Positions 1 to 13,383 of a DNA stretch of 64,000 nucleotides are shown one piece after another; position 1 is the stretch's first letter, and each line of letters begins with the position of its first letter. Under the pieces are notes generated by a model. It was given only the letters and a program-made list of their open reading frames with translations, searched no databases and was not told where the DNA came from. The stretch comes from the human T2T-CHM13v2.0 reference genome, Homo sapiens: NCBI RefSeq assembly GCF_009914755.1, contig NC_060926.1; one strand, given 5' to 3'. Made by a program: the position numbers and the translations under genes.

Positions 1-360
1 ATAAATAATGTCATATAGTTCTGCCTTTTAGAGACCTGAGGAAGCAGGTAATTTAGGATTAACATGTACAGAAAATAAGACTCCTCTCTCTAGTAAGAAC
101 AAAGAGACACATCCCAAAGTCTGAAACAAACAAATGAAAACAAAAGTAAAGGAAAAAACACAAACTGAAAACATTCAGAAAGGTCAGTATACATGGGAGG
201 TAAGTCTTAACTTTGGATTATTTTTCTTAAGAAAAAAGAAAAAAAAGCCTTTGTTTTTAATACACTCACTAAGAGTTGTACAGTGAAAATTTTGTGGAAT
301 TATTTTAAAGAAAAGGCAAGCTCAATTGCTTTGAAATGGGTGTTTCTGCCAAGCTGTGTT

Positions 361-700
361 TATTCATGCAATCAGCATTTGTTGTAGCCCTACTAGATGT
401 GAGGGCCTGTACTGCACAATAGCATGAGGGGAGGGAAGTAAGGAATTAGAACCACTCTCCCGGCAAGCATCAGAGATAGACACACTAGCAGCTGGCTCAA
501 ATACAGTGTAATAAGTAGCCTAATGAAGGTAAATTTTAAGTGCTCTGGGACTCAAAGGTGGTGACATTTGAGCTGAATCTTAAGTAGAAAGCACAAGCTT
601 CTCTGGTTTAGAAAAAGGAAAGAGTATATCAGAAAGAATCATGTGTATATAGACATGGAGGTGGGAGACAGCATAGCATGGCTTATTGACAAAATAAAAA
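361..700 (-). mobile_element. LINE-2 3' fragment, interrupted by the MER31 LTR and resuming at about 1130-1260
   Basis: Degenerate reverse L2 tail (tattcatgcaatcagcatttgttg) and L2-typical ggtgacatttgagctgaatctt; boundaries approximate. Confidence 0.6.
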
Positions 701-743
701 ATATTTTGCTATTATTAAAAACAGGAAATCTAATGAAGAAACA

Positions 744-1124
744 CGTTAAAGACAAAATTATTCAGACACGTTAAAATGATAAGGAAAACTTTATTCAAGA
801 CTATTGCAATAAGGGAGAGAGATTGAACTGAACTCCAAATTCAGCAAAACAGCTGGAGATTTACATACAAGGGGCAGAGCAGAGAGGTTCTTTCTATACT
901 GGCTTAACAGGATTCTTGCTAAAGAAAGACCAAGAACTTAGACATCAAAGATGAGGAGTAAAGAACTTGATTAGACATCAGGGTGGGGGATAACTTAGCA
1001 GAGTTGTTTGCTAAGACCCAGCTGGGCTGGCCAAAGACAGTTTAGGAGCCACGGTCAAGGCCTAGTGGAGAAGAGGGCTTGAAGGAGCCTGACTGCAGTA
1101 TGGCCAACAGGAAAGCCTTTGTCA
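744..1124 (-). mobile_element. MER31-family ERV1 solo LTR
   Basis: Reverse complement starts tgacaaaggctttcctgttggccatactgcagtcaggctccttcaagccctcttctccactaggccttgacc, resembling the recalled MER31 5' end; other end gttaaagacaaaattattc. Confidence 0.7.
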
Positions 1125-1999
1125 AGCAGCAAGATCTGAGCTTTGATGGAAAAGAGGTCTGAGGCTAGCTTATGAGTAGCTGTGCATGCCACAATGAGAG
1201 ACTGGATTTTATCATATGAGAAGAGAGAAGCCATTGTAACATTTTGTATTTTAGGAACATATTTTTAGAAATTCTTTCCATGTATTTAAAATAGTTTTCT
1301 TTGCAGTGATATTTAGAAAAGGAAGCATTTACCAAAGACGTGTCCCTAATACATCTATTTGAAACCATTAACTTTCTAAATAGCAGTCAAGCCCTTCCTA
1401 TACATGAGGTAGGAGGCCCAAGAAAAATGAGTTCGAAACCTTTCCTTCAAGAAAGTCACAGTCTATTTCCCCATTGTTCTGAAATCCCAATACAAATGAA
1501 ATTAAAATGAAATCCACATGGGAATGGTCGATTGAAAATGCAGAACCAGTTTGAAAGGTTGTTAAAAATTTATCCAGTAACTCACAACTTACAGAGCCAG
1601 AGTCCACCAGTGGGCTGTGGAGCTTTTAACTTGCCTTGGTTGCTTTCCTCTTGCCACCTCCTCTTTTAGAAGAAGACAGAAACTCTTCTCTGATCCATAA
1701 GGCTTTCCCTCTTAATGCTACCTATGCCACAGTGTGGCTTTAACACTATGGATTTTAGGGACAGAAGAGAGGTGGATGCCTGTAAGTCCATTAGGAAGAC
1801 CATATTAAATAAATCATCTTATTCAAACTGAGGCAATGGTGTAACCAACGAAGACAGGCCATGCCTAAATGCGCAAAGATGTACCTTTGGTAGCCACGTT
1901 GAAACTTATTCAGTTATTAGAGACAGAATATATTGGGCTATGTTGAATGAAAATACATATTTACATAAATTTGGTATTGACTTTTTTTTATTTCCACTA

Positions 2000-2175
2000 C
2001 CAGCTCTGCGTCAGTCCCAGCTGTATGACTTACAGTTCATCATTATTTCTAAAATTAACTTTTTTTATCTGTAAAATGAAGATAATAACTGGACTGAATT
2101 TGTGAGTTTGCTGTGATTAAATAGAAAATGTTTCTAAAACCTCTAATGCTTTGCTCATGATAGGCAGTCAACACA
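2000..2175 (+). mobile_element. MIR SINE
   Basis: MIR core ttatctgtaaaatgaagataata preceded by agctgtatgactt. Confidence 0.7.
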
Positions 2176-2449
2176 TGTCCTTTCCTCTGGGATGGAGTTG
2201 AGTTAGATATTAATCTTTTTACTCATTTATTTATTTCCTAGGAATTACATTAAAAGACTAGAAACCATCTCTTTGCTTTTCTGACAGGAGCACAGTTCTC
2301 TGGTGTTCAGAGCTGGTAAGGCCTTCTCAGAATCCTGGGGGTGAAGCAACTACTCCACCTTAGAACCACTCTCTTTCCCAGCTCTTGCACAATGTGTACC
2401 CTCTCTAGACAACAGGAAAAAGTCTCATGACAACCAAAAAAATGGTTTC

Positions 2450-3400
2450 AAAACAGAATAAAAATTAATGCATATGAGTGTGAAGAGGAACACGGTCTGC
2501 CCAACACATAATTGAAGAGTGTAAACTGTAACAAGTAAATGCAGCATTTACTGTATGGATATGAAAAATATGGGCCACACTTTCCATCCATTTTATTTGT
2601 GAGGTCTCCTTGAAACGGCCTATAAAACCTGGGAACCTGGGCAGCTTTCTCTAGGGGACCCATAAACTGCAGCAGCTGATACTGGTAAAATAGGTTATAT
2701 GGAACCTTAGATTTGGCCAGTATTTATTGCCTGTGTAATGTACAGAAACAGTAAAACAGAAAAGCACACGTTTCCATCTGTGCCACATTATAATGCCACG
2801 CATGAGGAGACGAGCCATTTTTCATTTAAAATGGTGGCAGTCCTACAGACCTTCTTCCTTTGATATCCTACGCTACCATGCGTGATATAGCATAAACAGG
2901 CCGCCTATAAATATGAATTTTTACAGTTCTGAAAGCCGAAACATTCCAGCCTTCATGACGTCACCAAACATACCTTCCAAAATGTGAGCTAGGCCCGAGT
3001 GCTCCCCTTCTTCTATCTCTCTCTCTCTCTCTTTTTCTTTCCGATTCTTAAGCTGATTCGTGGTGTTTTTCTTTTTTAGGCACAAAACAGCTACAACGAA
3101 TCTCTCTTCATAGACGCCTCCAGAGTGCACAGTTCCCCATGATATTTAAAGTGGATGACAAATCACACTCTCGAATAGTGCGGTGGGGGACGCCATGGCC
3201 ATGCAAGAGTCAGGTCTTCATTTTATATCCCAAAGCTCCGCCAAGTCATTGAGATCTCAGATTCCCTTCAAGCATCAGCGAAGCTGATAGGAAAGGAACC
3301 CTACCCCACCTTATCTCCTGCCTTTCGAAAGGTGAGGGAGCAGGTTAAAGCAGATTGCTCTCCATTGTTAAGAGCGATTTTAACAGCTTTTTTGTTGTGG
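2450..3400. promoter_or_regulatory. Candidate enhancer/promoter: non-repetitive, CpG-retaining, motif-dense
   Basis: About 20 CpG counted in 2770-3380 at moderate GC; CRE TGACGTCA 2956-2963; TATAAATA 2906-2913; inverted YY1-like cores near 2815-2840; GATA motifs near 3285 and 3310. Confidence 0.55.
3080..3331 (+). ncRNA. Candidate 252-nt non-coding exon
   Basis: Acceptor gtttttcttttttAG with ctgat branch-like motif about 25 nt upstream; donor AAG|gtgagg; stops in all three frames. Confidence 0.35.
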
Positions 3401-3854
3401 TTGTTTAGCAAGCCTGGAGGCTAGGAGGAATTTTTTGAGCTTTGTTTTTCCATGTGGGACTTTTCAAGAAGTCAAGAGAAAACGAGAGTAAGTAAAGACA
3501 AATAAACAAATAAGCCAAAGGAAAAAAAAAAAAAACCATCAATTTCAAGTCGCCAAGGTGAGGCAGGGGGATTGGGGGTGGGAGAGGACTGTTGTCTAAC
3601 CTGTCCTTTCGCCTACATTTTTCAGTGCTTGTTTTGCTTTCTTTCTTTCTTCCTTTTTTTTAGACCAGAGATTTCCATTTTCCTTTGGTTAAGCTTCTGA
3701 TGGTTCCTAAAGAAAGTTATTAGACTTGAGCTGGAAATTTCCTTGGAGTTCACCTCTTACATGAAGGCATACAAAGGTTAAATTTGCCCAATAACACACA
3801 GGCAGGAGTAGCAGAGCTACTGAATTTTTCAGCACAAGTGAGAAAGGAAAAGAG

Positions 3855-3960
3855 GCTCTGAAATCAGTTTAAATGTGCAATTTCAGGGAAGTTATTTAAA
3901 TTATCTGAGTTTCACGTTCCTGACCCACAGAGTGCAAGGTTGTCATGAGGATAAATATGA
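3855..3960 (+). mobile_element. MIR fragment
   Basis: gggaagttatttaaattatctgagtttca...ggttgtcatgaggataaat. Confidence 0.55.
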
Positions 3961-4157
3961 CATCTTTATCTGCATGCTCTATGTTGACTAGGTCTTAGGA
4001 TAGTTTTATAGCTAAAAAAAATCAACTTTTTGAAACAGTTCAGGTAGTTTCACTTTTCTCCGTTGAAATCCAAGGTCACTGTTGGTGCAGACTGTCCCTT
4101 TATTCTGAGAGGTGTGACTTGGCTGGGCTATAGCCTAACCATCCTTCTGTGGAAAAC

Positions 4158-5028
4158 TTTTTTTTCTTTTCAATGTTTGTGGGTACATTGTAGATGTATA
4201 CATTTATGAAGTACATGAGATATTTTGATACAGGCATGCAATGTGTTATAATCACATCAGAGTAAATGGGGTATCCATCACCTCACGCATTTATACTTTG
4301 TGTTACACACAACCCAATTATGCTTTTAGTTATTTTAAAGTGTGCAATTAAATTATTTTAACTATAAGAACCCTGTTGTGCTATCAAATACGAGGTTTTG
4401 TTTTGTTTGGTTTGGTTTGGTTTGCTTGGTTTGGTTTTTTTGTATCCATTAACCATCCCCACATCTTCCTGCATTGCTCTCCCATTAACCTTCTCAGCCT
4501 GTGGTAACCATCTTTCTACTTTCTACCTCGTCAATTCAATTGCTTTAATGTTTAGCTCCCACAAATAAGTGAAAACATGTGAAGTTTGTATTTCTGTGCC
4601 TGCCTCAGTTCATTTAACATAATGATATCCAGTTCCATCCATGTAGTTGCAAATGACAGGATCTCATGCTTTTTTATGGCTGAATAGTACTCCATTGTGT
4701 ATATGTATCACATTTTCTTTATCCATTCATTAGTTAATACACACTTAGGTTGCTTCCAAATCTTGGCTGTTGTGAATAATGCTGAAATAAACATGTGAGT
4801 GTAGATGTCTCTTCAATATACTGATTTCCTCTTTTTGAGGGGATATATATGTATACACATACACATTTGTATACATATATACATATACATATACACATAT
4901 ACACACACACATATATATCATGGAGTGGGATTGCTGGATTGTATCATAGCTCTATTTTAAATTTTTTGAGGGACCTCCAAACTATTTTCCATAGTGGTTG
5001 TACTAATTTACATTCCCACCAACAGTGT
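4158..5028 (-). mobile_element. 5'-truncated L1MA-type (about L1MA2-4) 3' end with internal (GTTTG)n and (TA/CA)n
   Basis: L1MA 3'UTR text gatattttgatacaggcatgcaatg...ggggtatccatcacctc; ORF2 end cattcccaccaacagtgt; T-rich tail on the left. Confidence 0.9.
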
Positions 5029-5769
5029 AAACTCTTTTTTCTTGACCTGTTGTCATTTGTGTGATCCTGAAAGCCCAAGTCCTGTGCAAGCTACTCTGGA
5101 ACTCAGAACAAGGTGACTTGCTTGTGAACACTAAAAAAAGTGAAATTTACAAGTGGCAAGATCATGGAGAAGTACAGGAATATACCACCGACAGCTGAAG
5201 CGGGGTGCAGCCCAAATTGCTTGGGAGGAGAAGGCAGCCATGGCCTGCAACTCTGCAGGGTCCCACAGGGACCAGCAGCACCAACACAGCAGGCAGCAAG
5301 AGGAGGGTTTAGTGCAGAAGGAATGGGGCAAATCACCTGCCGGAAGGACACCAGGATAGACACGCCCAGATGCAGAGAGCTGGATGCAGAACCCAACAGA
5401 AGTCAGGAAAGGAGAAGTGCAGTTTCTCTTAGGGGTCTGCCAGGATAGTCCAATAATCTTACCTGAAGATGAGAATAAATAAAAAATGTAGCCATTTCTA
5501 GGCTTCATTTTGTTTAGAGCACATAATTTAATTACATGCATGAAAGTTAGAGATTTTTCGGAAGAGTTTTTTTTTTCCTTAGCTTGTTACACATGTCAGG
5601 GACTAACTATATACGCATCATATGAAAATACCCCACGTATTTTAAGAACCGCTAAACATAAGAAAAATGTCTAGCTAGCATCAGTGGCGATTACACAGGT
5701 GATCAAACCTATATCCCAGTCTTTAGCCAACTGAAACTTGTTGATTTAAGTTGGAGGTTTTTGACAGTG

Positions 5770-6260
<491 letters not shown>

Positions 6261-6470
6261 TTTGTGTAAGAAAAAGCTGTTCATTACTACACATTTTGAA
6301 TCATTCCTGGTATCAAGTAAAGATATTATATTTCAGCAGCAGTGGGAAGACTAGACAAAGTCTCAGGTCTACTGGAATCTCAGGCCTCAGGTCCTTTGCC
6401 AGAGCTGCTTGGAAAGTCTTTCTGGTGTTTCCCTCTTGGGTACACCTACCTGCCCCTCAAGAATTAGCTA

Positions 6471-6800
6471 AGCCAGGCATCATGGCTCTTGCCCGTAAGC
6501 CCAGCACTTTGGGAGGCAGAGGGGAAAAAATTGCTTGAGGCCAGGAGTCCAAGGTCAGGCTGACCAAAACAGTGAGACCCCGATCTCTACAAAAAAATAA
6601 GAAATTAGCCAGGCATGGTGGCTCACACCTGTAGTCCCAACTACTGAGTCGACTGAGGCAGAAGGACCACTTGAGTCAAGGAGTTTGAGGCTGCAGTAAG
6701 CTAGGATCACACCACTGCACTTCAGCCTAGGTAAGAGTGAGACCCGGTCTCTTAAAAAATTAAATTAAATTAATTTACAAATAAATAATAAAATAGAATA
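6471..6800 (+). mobile_element. AluJ
   Basis: Dimeric Alu with J diagnostics (ggagtttgaggctgcagt, gtgagacccc), A-rich tail. Confidence 0.95.
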
Positions 6801-7434
6801 AAACTAACTGAGGGGTTTTCTCCCAGGACGTGAAAAAGATCTTTCCTTGACACCTTTGGTACTGCTGACTGAGCTCACTACACTGAATAGCATCTTAATT
6901 CATTTTTCCCTGTAGATTGCAATTTTGTAAACAAAAGAGATCGAGTCTTCTTTGTTGTATGTATCACAACATCTGTCACAGGCTGGCCCAAAGTGCCCAA
7001 TAATATTTTTTGGATGAGTGAAGCTCAGGGCCATAGCTGTATTGAAAAGCTAAAGGAATCTGTGGGGTTTTTTGTATGTTTGTGTGTGTATGTGTGTGTG
7101 TTATACTGTTTAGAAGATTTTGTGTTCCTGCATTTCTGTATGTAATTGTTTGCTTTTTGTTGTTTTGTTCAATTTTTTTTTTTAGAAAAGATGCCAGCAA
7201 AATCATGTTTGTTGCCGTTTTGTGCAATCTGTGTGCTCCTTAGTGGTTCTGCTAGCGTTCTTGTGCTTAGTGATGCTCAAGATGTGTGGATGTTTTCATA
7301 ATGCATGGGTTTATTGCCTGACATGTTCATACAGAATAAGTAATTAAATTCTAATAAACTAAGGAAAGAAATCTTTTCCTCCAGCATTTGTGCCTCCTGG
7401 AGAATCATGTGCATACGCAGCTTCAATTTGATTA

Positions 7435-8390
<956 letters not shown>

Positions 8391-8479
8391 CTGAGCTTTA
8401 ACATGCCTCTATAAACATTCCATGACTGCAATAGTCTTTTCTTCAGGATCTAAATAACAGTAAATAGTCCAATAACCAA

Positions 8480-9000
8480 CATTTCCCGTAAACATGGACA
8501 GTGGCAGTTAGAGTGTTAACCCTTTGCTCAACAAACTCTGCAATTAGCCTCCGAGTTAAATCATATAAAATTTACTTAAATTTTGGTTTAAGGATGAAAC
8601 ACATTCTATCATGGCCTAATTATTGAAATAGGTTAGTTTTGTGATTCCCTGTAGGTAGTTTATTTCTGTTTCGGTTACATTTTGATATTTCGGGGAATTG
8701 TACAGATAGTTCTGAGGGCGAGCTCCGTACAAATGTTGCATAATAAATCACTTTTATGTTGGCATAATAGGTTTTTTCATAATGTTATAGACAAGATCTG
8801 CTCCAGGCCTGCCACATGTCTAATAGCTATTTTAATAAAACATGCTTTTTCAGTTAGCGGATTCTTGGCTAAACTGCAAAGAGGAAATGTTGTCCACGTA
8901 GCAGTGGATATGAAATGGTTAAACAAGAACACCCGGAGCTACGATTGCGAGTGAGAAGGTTTCATGGTGCTAAGCGGCATGCACTGTGAGGCCGATGGTA
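8480..9000. promoter_or_regulatory. Candidate enhancer: AT-rich, CpG-retaining, HOX/PBX-type motifs
   Basis: About 11 CpG in 8670-9000; ATAAATCA (TGATTTAT on minus) near 8743; taaatcatataaaa near 8557. Confidence 0.4.
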
Positions 9001-9149
9001 CTGCCTCCTGAGAACACCTTTCTCAGCTGTGGTAAAAACATCTTTAAGTGAAGCCATTGATAAGTATTTGGTGTTTAAAATGAACTTTACACGTGTGCAT
9101 AAAAAGACACCTGGTTTTAGGGCCCTGCCACTAAGATGAAACTTGCACC

Positions 9150-9430
9150 ATGTAGCAGCTGGATTACTTTTTGCTGCAAATAACACAAAGTTCAACTCAA
9201 ATTGGCATGAATAATTTGAGAATTAATTTATGTCCTCTGATAGGAAATATAAAGGTTGTACAGATTCCAGGTTTTCTAAGTCAGGGTACAACAGAATCAT
9301 CAGGAACCTAGACTGCTTTCATTCATCACTGGGTACCCATGGCCTCAGTTTACCACGGAGACTTGTTCCTTTCAAAATACTCAGATGTCTCTTAGACCCA
9401 ATCAAGCAGGGTGCTTCCTGATTCATGTAT
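9150..9430 (-). mobile_element. Ancient ERVL/MaLR LTR fragment (LTR33/MLT1K-like)
   Basis: ttgctgcaaataacacaaagttcaactcaaattggc...aatttat resembles the reverse end of these LTRs. Confidence 0.5.
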
Positions 9431-11029
9431 AACAGGAGACAAAGAAGATAATTTAACTTTCTTCATCATTTTGGACCAGTTACCCAATTGGACAACGATC
9501 TTGCTTTTACCAGAAATAGTTAGAAGTATATACTGAGTGGCTTAGATGTGTCTCCATCAACTTCTGGCACTGGGGTGAGATTGGTTTAAAAACAATCATA
9601 TGGTTTGGGGAGGTGAATATTGGATACTGGAATAAAATTGCAGTTCTGTTTGTAAGGATGAAAGACAAGATGCTGAGTAGATTTCATATCGGGACCACAA
9701 CACACTGTAGAGCATTGCAGGCCGCACTTTCAAGTATCAACAGGATATGGAGCTCTCATTAGGAGGAGTCTAGCATCCAAAGTGGACAGTATTATTTCCT
9801 GGCTACCCTGGCCATCAGTGAGGAGGCTCAGTGCATGCCGGTGGAGCCCTACTTCACGGCGCTCATGGTCGTGTATTTACGCAGAATTGAGTTAAGTTGT
9901 AAAATAGCTCTCACTTCACAGGCTGGATTCAATATTTTCAAATTTTGTAAAATCTGGATGTAAAGAGCTCTGTATATATTAGTTTAGATGGATACCTGGA
10001 ATAGGTGGGTTCTGTCTAAATCCTATGGTCAAAATTCTGGTGATCAGCATGGAAAAAAAAGCAGAGAAACAGAACTTCTTATGGAAGTTTTGAAAATTCT
10101 AGGTGTGCTACATTTTATAAACACATACACAGAAAAAGTATGGTAGACGCAGGTACAAATAGACCTGTCACTTCACAAGTCATTTCCCCATTTTTACAAT
10201 GCCACCTAACAAACACCTGCAATTCATTTCTGTCTACATTGAATCAGTTGTCCAGAGTTTTCAAACAATGGCATTTGGAGTATCCAATATGGCACCAGCT
10301 ATGGCAACATTCTCCTCGAAGCACCAACTCAGTTAAATTTTGCCTTAGGAAAACCAACTTTTCAATATGTTACTAGGAATATGTATACTCCAAAATAAAA
10401 CTGACCTATAATTTTAGACTCTGGAAAAATTAGGGTATACTCCTCTTGCTTCATAAGATCTGTTAGATACCTTTTCTTGTTTTCAATGACACAAGATTTT
10501 TATAGCAACACACTCCAAGGGCAGTTTGCCCTTCGAGATTTTTGCCACCTCTTTGTTTCTTGTTAAATGAATACTAATCAATGTCAGAGAGTACTTGTGC
10601 TACTCCTGTTCTCTGCTTGAATATGGAAATACAATTATCCCAATGGTACAGGATCCCAGGCCTCTTCAAATCGTGAGGTCTCCAGAGTTTGATAACGCAG
10701 GAAAATGTGCAAATTTAGAGCTGGGCTCTCAAAGAACAAATAATCAACTGTTTCCAAGGGAAGCATTGTTGTGATTTTGTCTCTTTTCTTCAGAGCAGAA
10801 ACTCTGGGCCAATGGCAACTTCCAATCCTCATCTCACTCCTCACAATTGAGCAGCATAATGTCTACTGTTTCTTTTCTCTTATCCCATTCTATGAAGCCT
10901 TGTTCTAAAATTGCTAGGAATTACAAGACAGTGAGAGTAGCTCATTAAGCCTGGGACCTCAGAATGTGGGATTCTGTGGGACTGCATGGGGTATACAGGT
11001 TCACAATGAAGATCACCTGCTTGCCGGCA

Positions 11030-11230
11030 AGGAGACATTGAGTGCTTCTTAGTTTGAGGTCTAAGAACTGAGTTTCAGTTCCAGGTCAGCCTCTCCCTCA
11101 TTCAATGACACCGCCAGGCACTGCTCCTCTCTGAGCCTCAGTTTTCTTATCTGCATTTTGAAAATATAAATATGCCCCTCATAAGGTTAGTTTTACAATT
11201 TAAATAAAATGATGAACACAAAGTTCTGTT
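11030..11230 (+). mobile_element. MIR SINE
   Basis: ctctctgagcctcagttttcttatctg core. Confidence 0.8.
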
Positions 11231-11574
11231 ATCAGCATTGAGGCCACACCTACCATAACATTTTATATATTTTTCTATCATTTTTAAAACTAACCAGGGA
11301 AAAGACTACTATAGCGCTTACGATGTAAGGCAGTCATAATTTGGGAATGACAGAATATTTGCTGATTTTTACGTTAATTTTAGAATCTATTTGGTATCTC
11401 GATTTATATAACATATAGAGATCTAAAAATTGAAATTATCTCCAGTAATCAATTATTTTACTCCATTACTGACCTTTATGAAGTTACATTTTCTCTCCTA
11501 TACTCACCATGCCCTTGGTTATCTTTCCAACTCTGTTTTCTACCAATAAGTGCAGTTATTTAAAAAGAAAGACC

Positions 11575-12287
<713 letters not shown>

Positions 12288-13051
12288 TATTTACTGTGTC
12301 TTATGCAGAAAAGTAATGTTTTATGTCATTTTAACAAGGTTTTTTCTTCTGTACTAAAAATTCTACCCAAGTAAAATAAAAATGTCCCTGTATAATCAAG
12401 CTCTTTCTGACACCAACCTAATAAATTTGAACCTCAGGTAGAGTAACAGTGTTATGATGGAGAGTGTTTAATAAATAAATTTGAGGATTACTGGAATATT
12501 CAGAAAATGGCCAATGGCAGAGTGAAAAAGTAACAACTTAAAAATAAAACAAGACAGAGAAAGAGAAACAGAGAGCAAGCAAACAAGCAATAATTTTTAA
12601 AAAAAATACCACAGAAAATATTTTTCATGAGAGGTCAAAGAAAATCAGAAGGTGTTTTTCCGATAAGGAACATCAGCCTCACAGCTATGCCAACCCCACT
12701 TCTCCAGAACCCAAGTAGAACAACCAGGGTGCTAAGAAGAGCACCACCCAGCCTTGTCTTCACTATGTGCAGGAGCTTTACAGTTGCCCCAGGTCAAAAT
12801 CTATGTCCCACCAAGGCATGGATAGCAGATAATTGGAGCTCTGCCGACAAAGAAGACTGCTTTTCTTCCAGTGACTCAAGATTCAGATTTTTCTGTGAAC
12901 AGCAGCTCAAGACTGGAGTTACATTGAGAAAATACTAGTAAGGGCTGAAGATAAATTATATTACTATTGGGGGTTTTATTTCTCAATGTCTTAATCTAAT
13001 TGTTTATTCAAGTTAAAGTGAGACATACAATTGATTCAGGGACATGTTTAA

Positions 13052-13383
<332 letters not shown>

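Noticed and set aside
395-406. gatgtgagggc resembling the 7SK 5' end
   Set aside because: Only 11 nt, no further match, and inside an L2 relic.
5103-5541. Overlapping 68-136 aa ORFs suggesting a processed pseudogene
   Set aside because: No recognisable protein, poly(A) tail or TSD.
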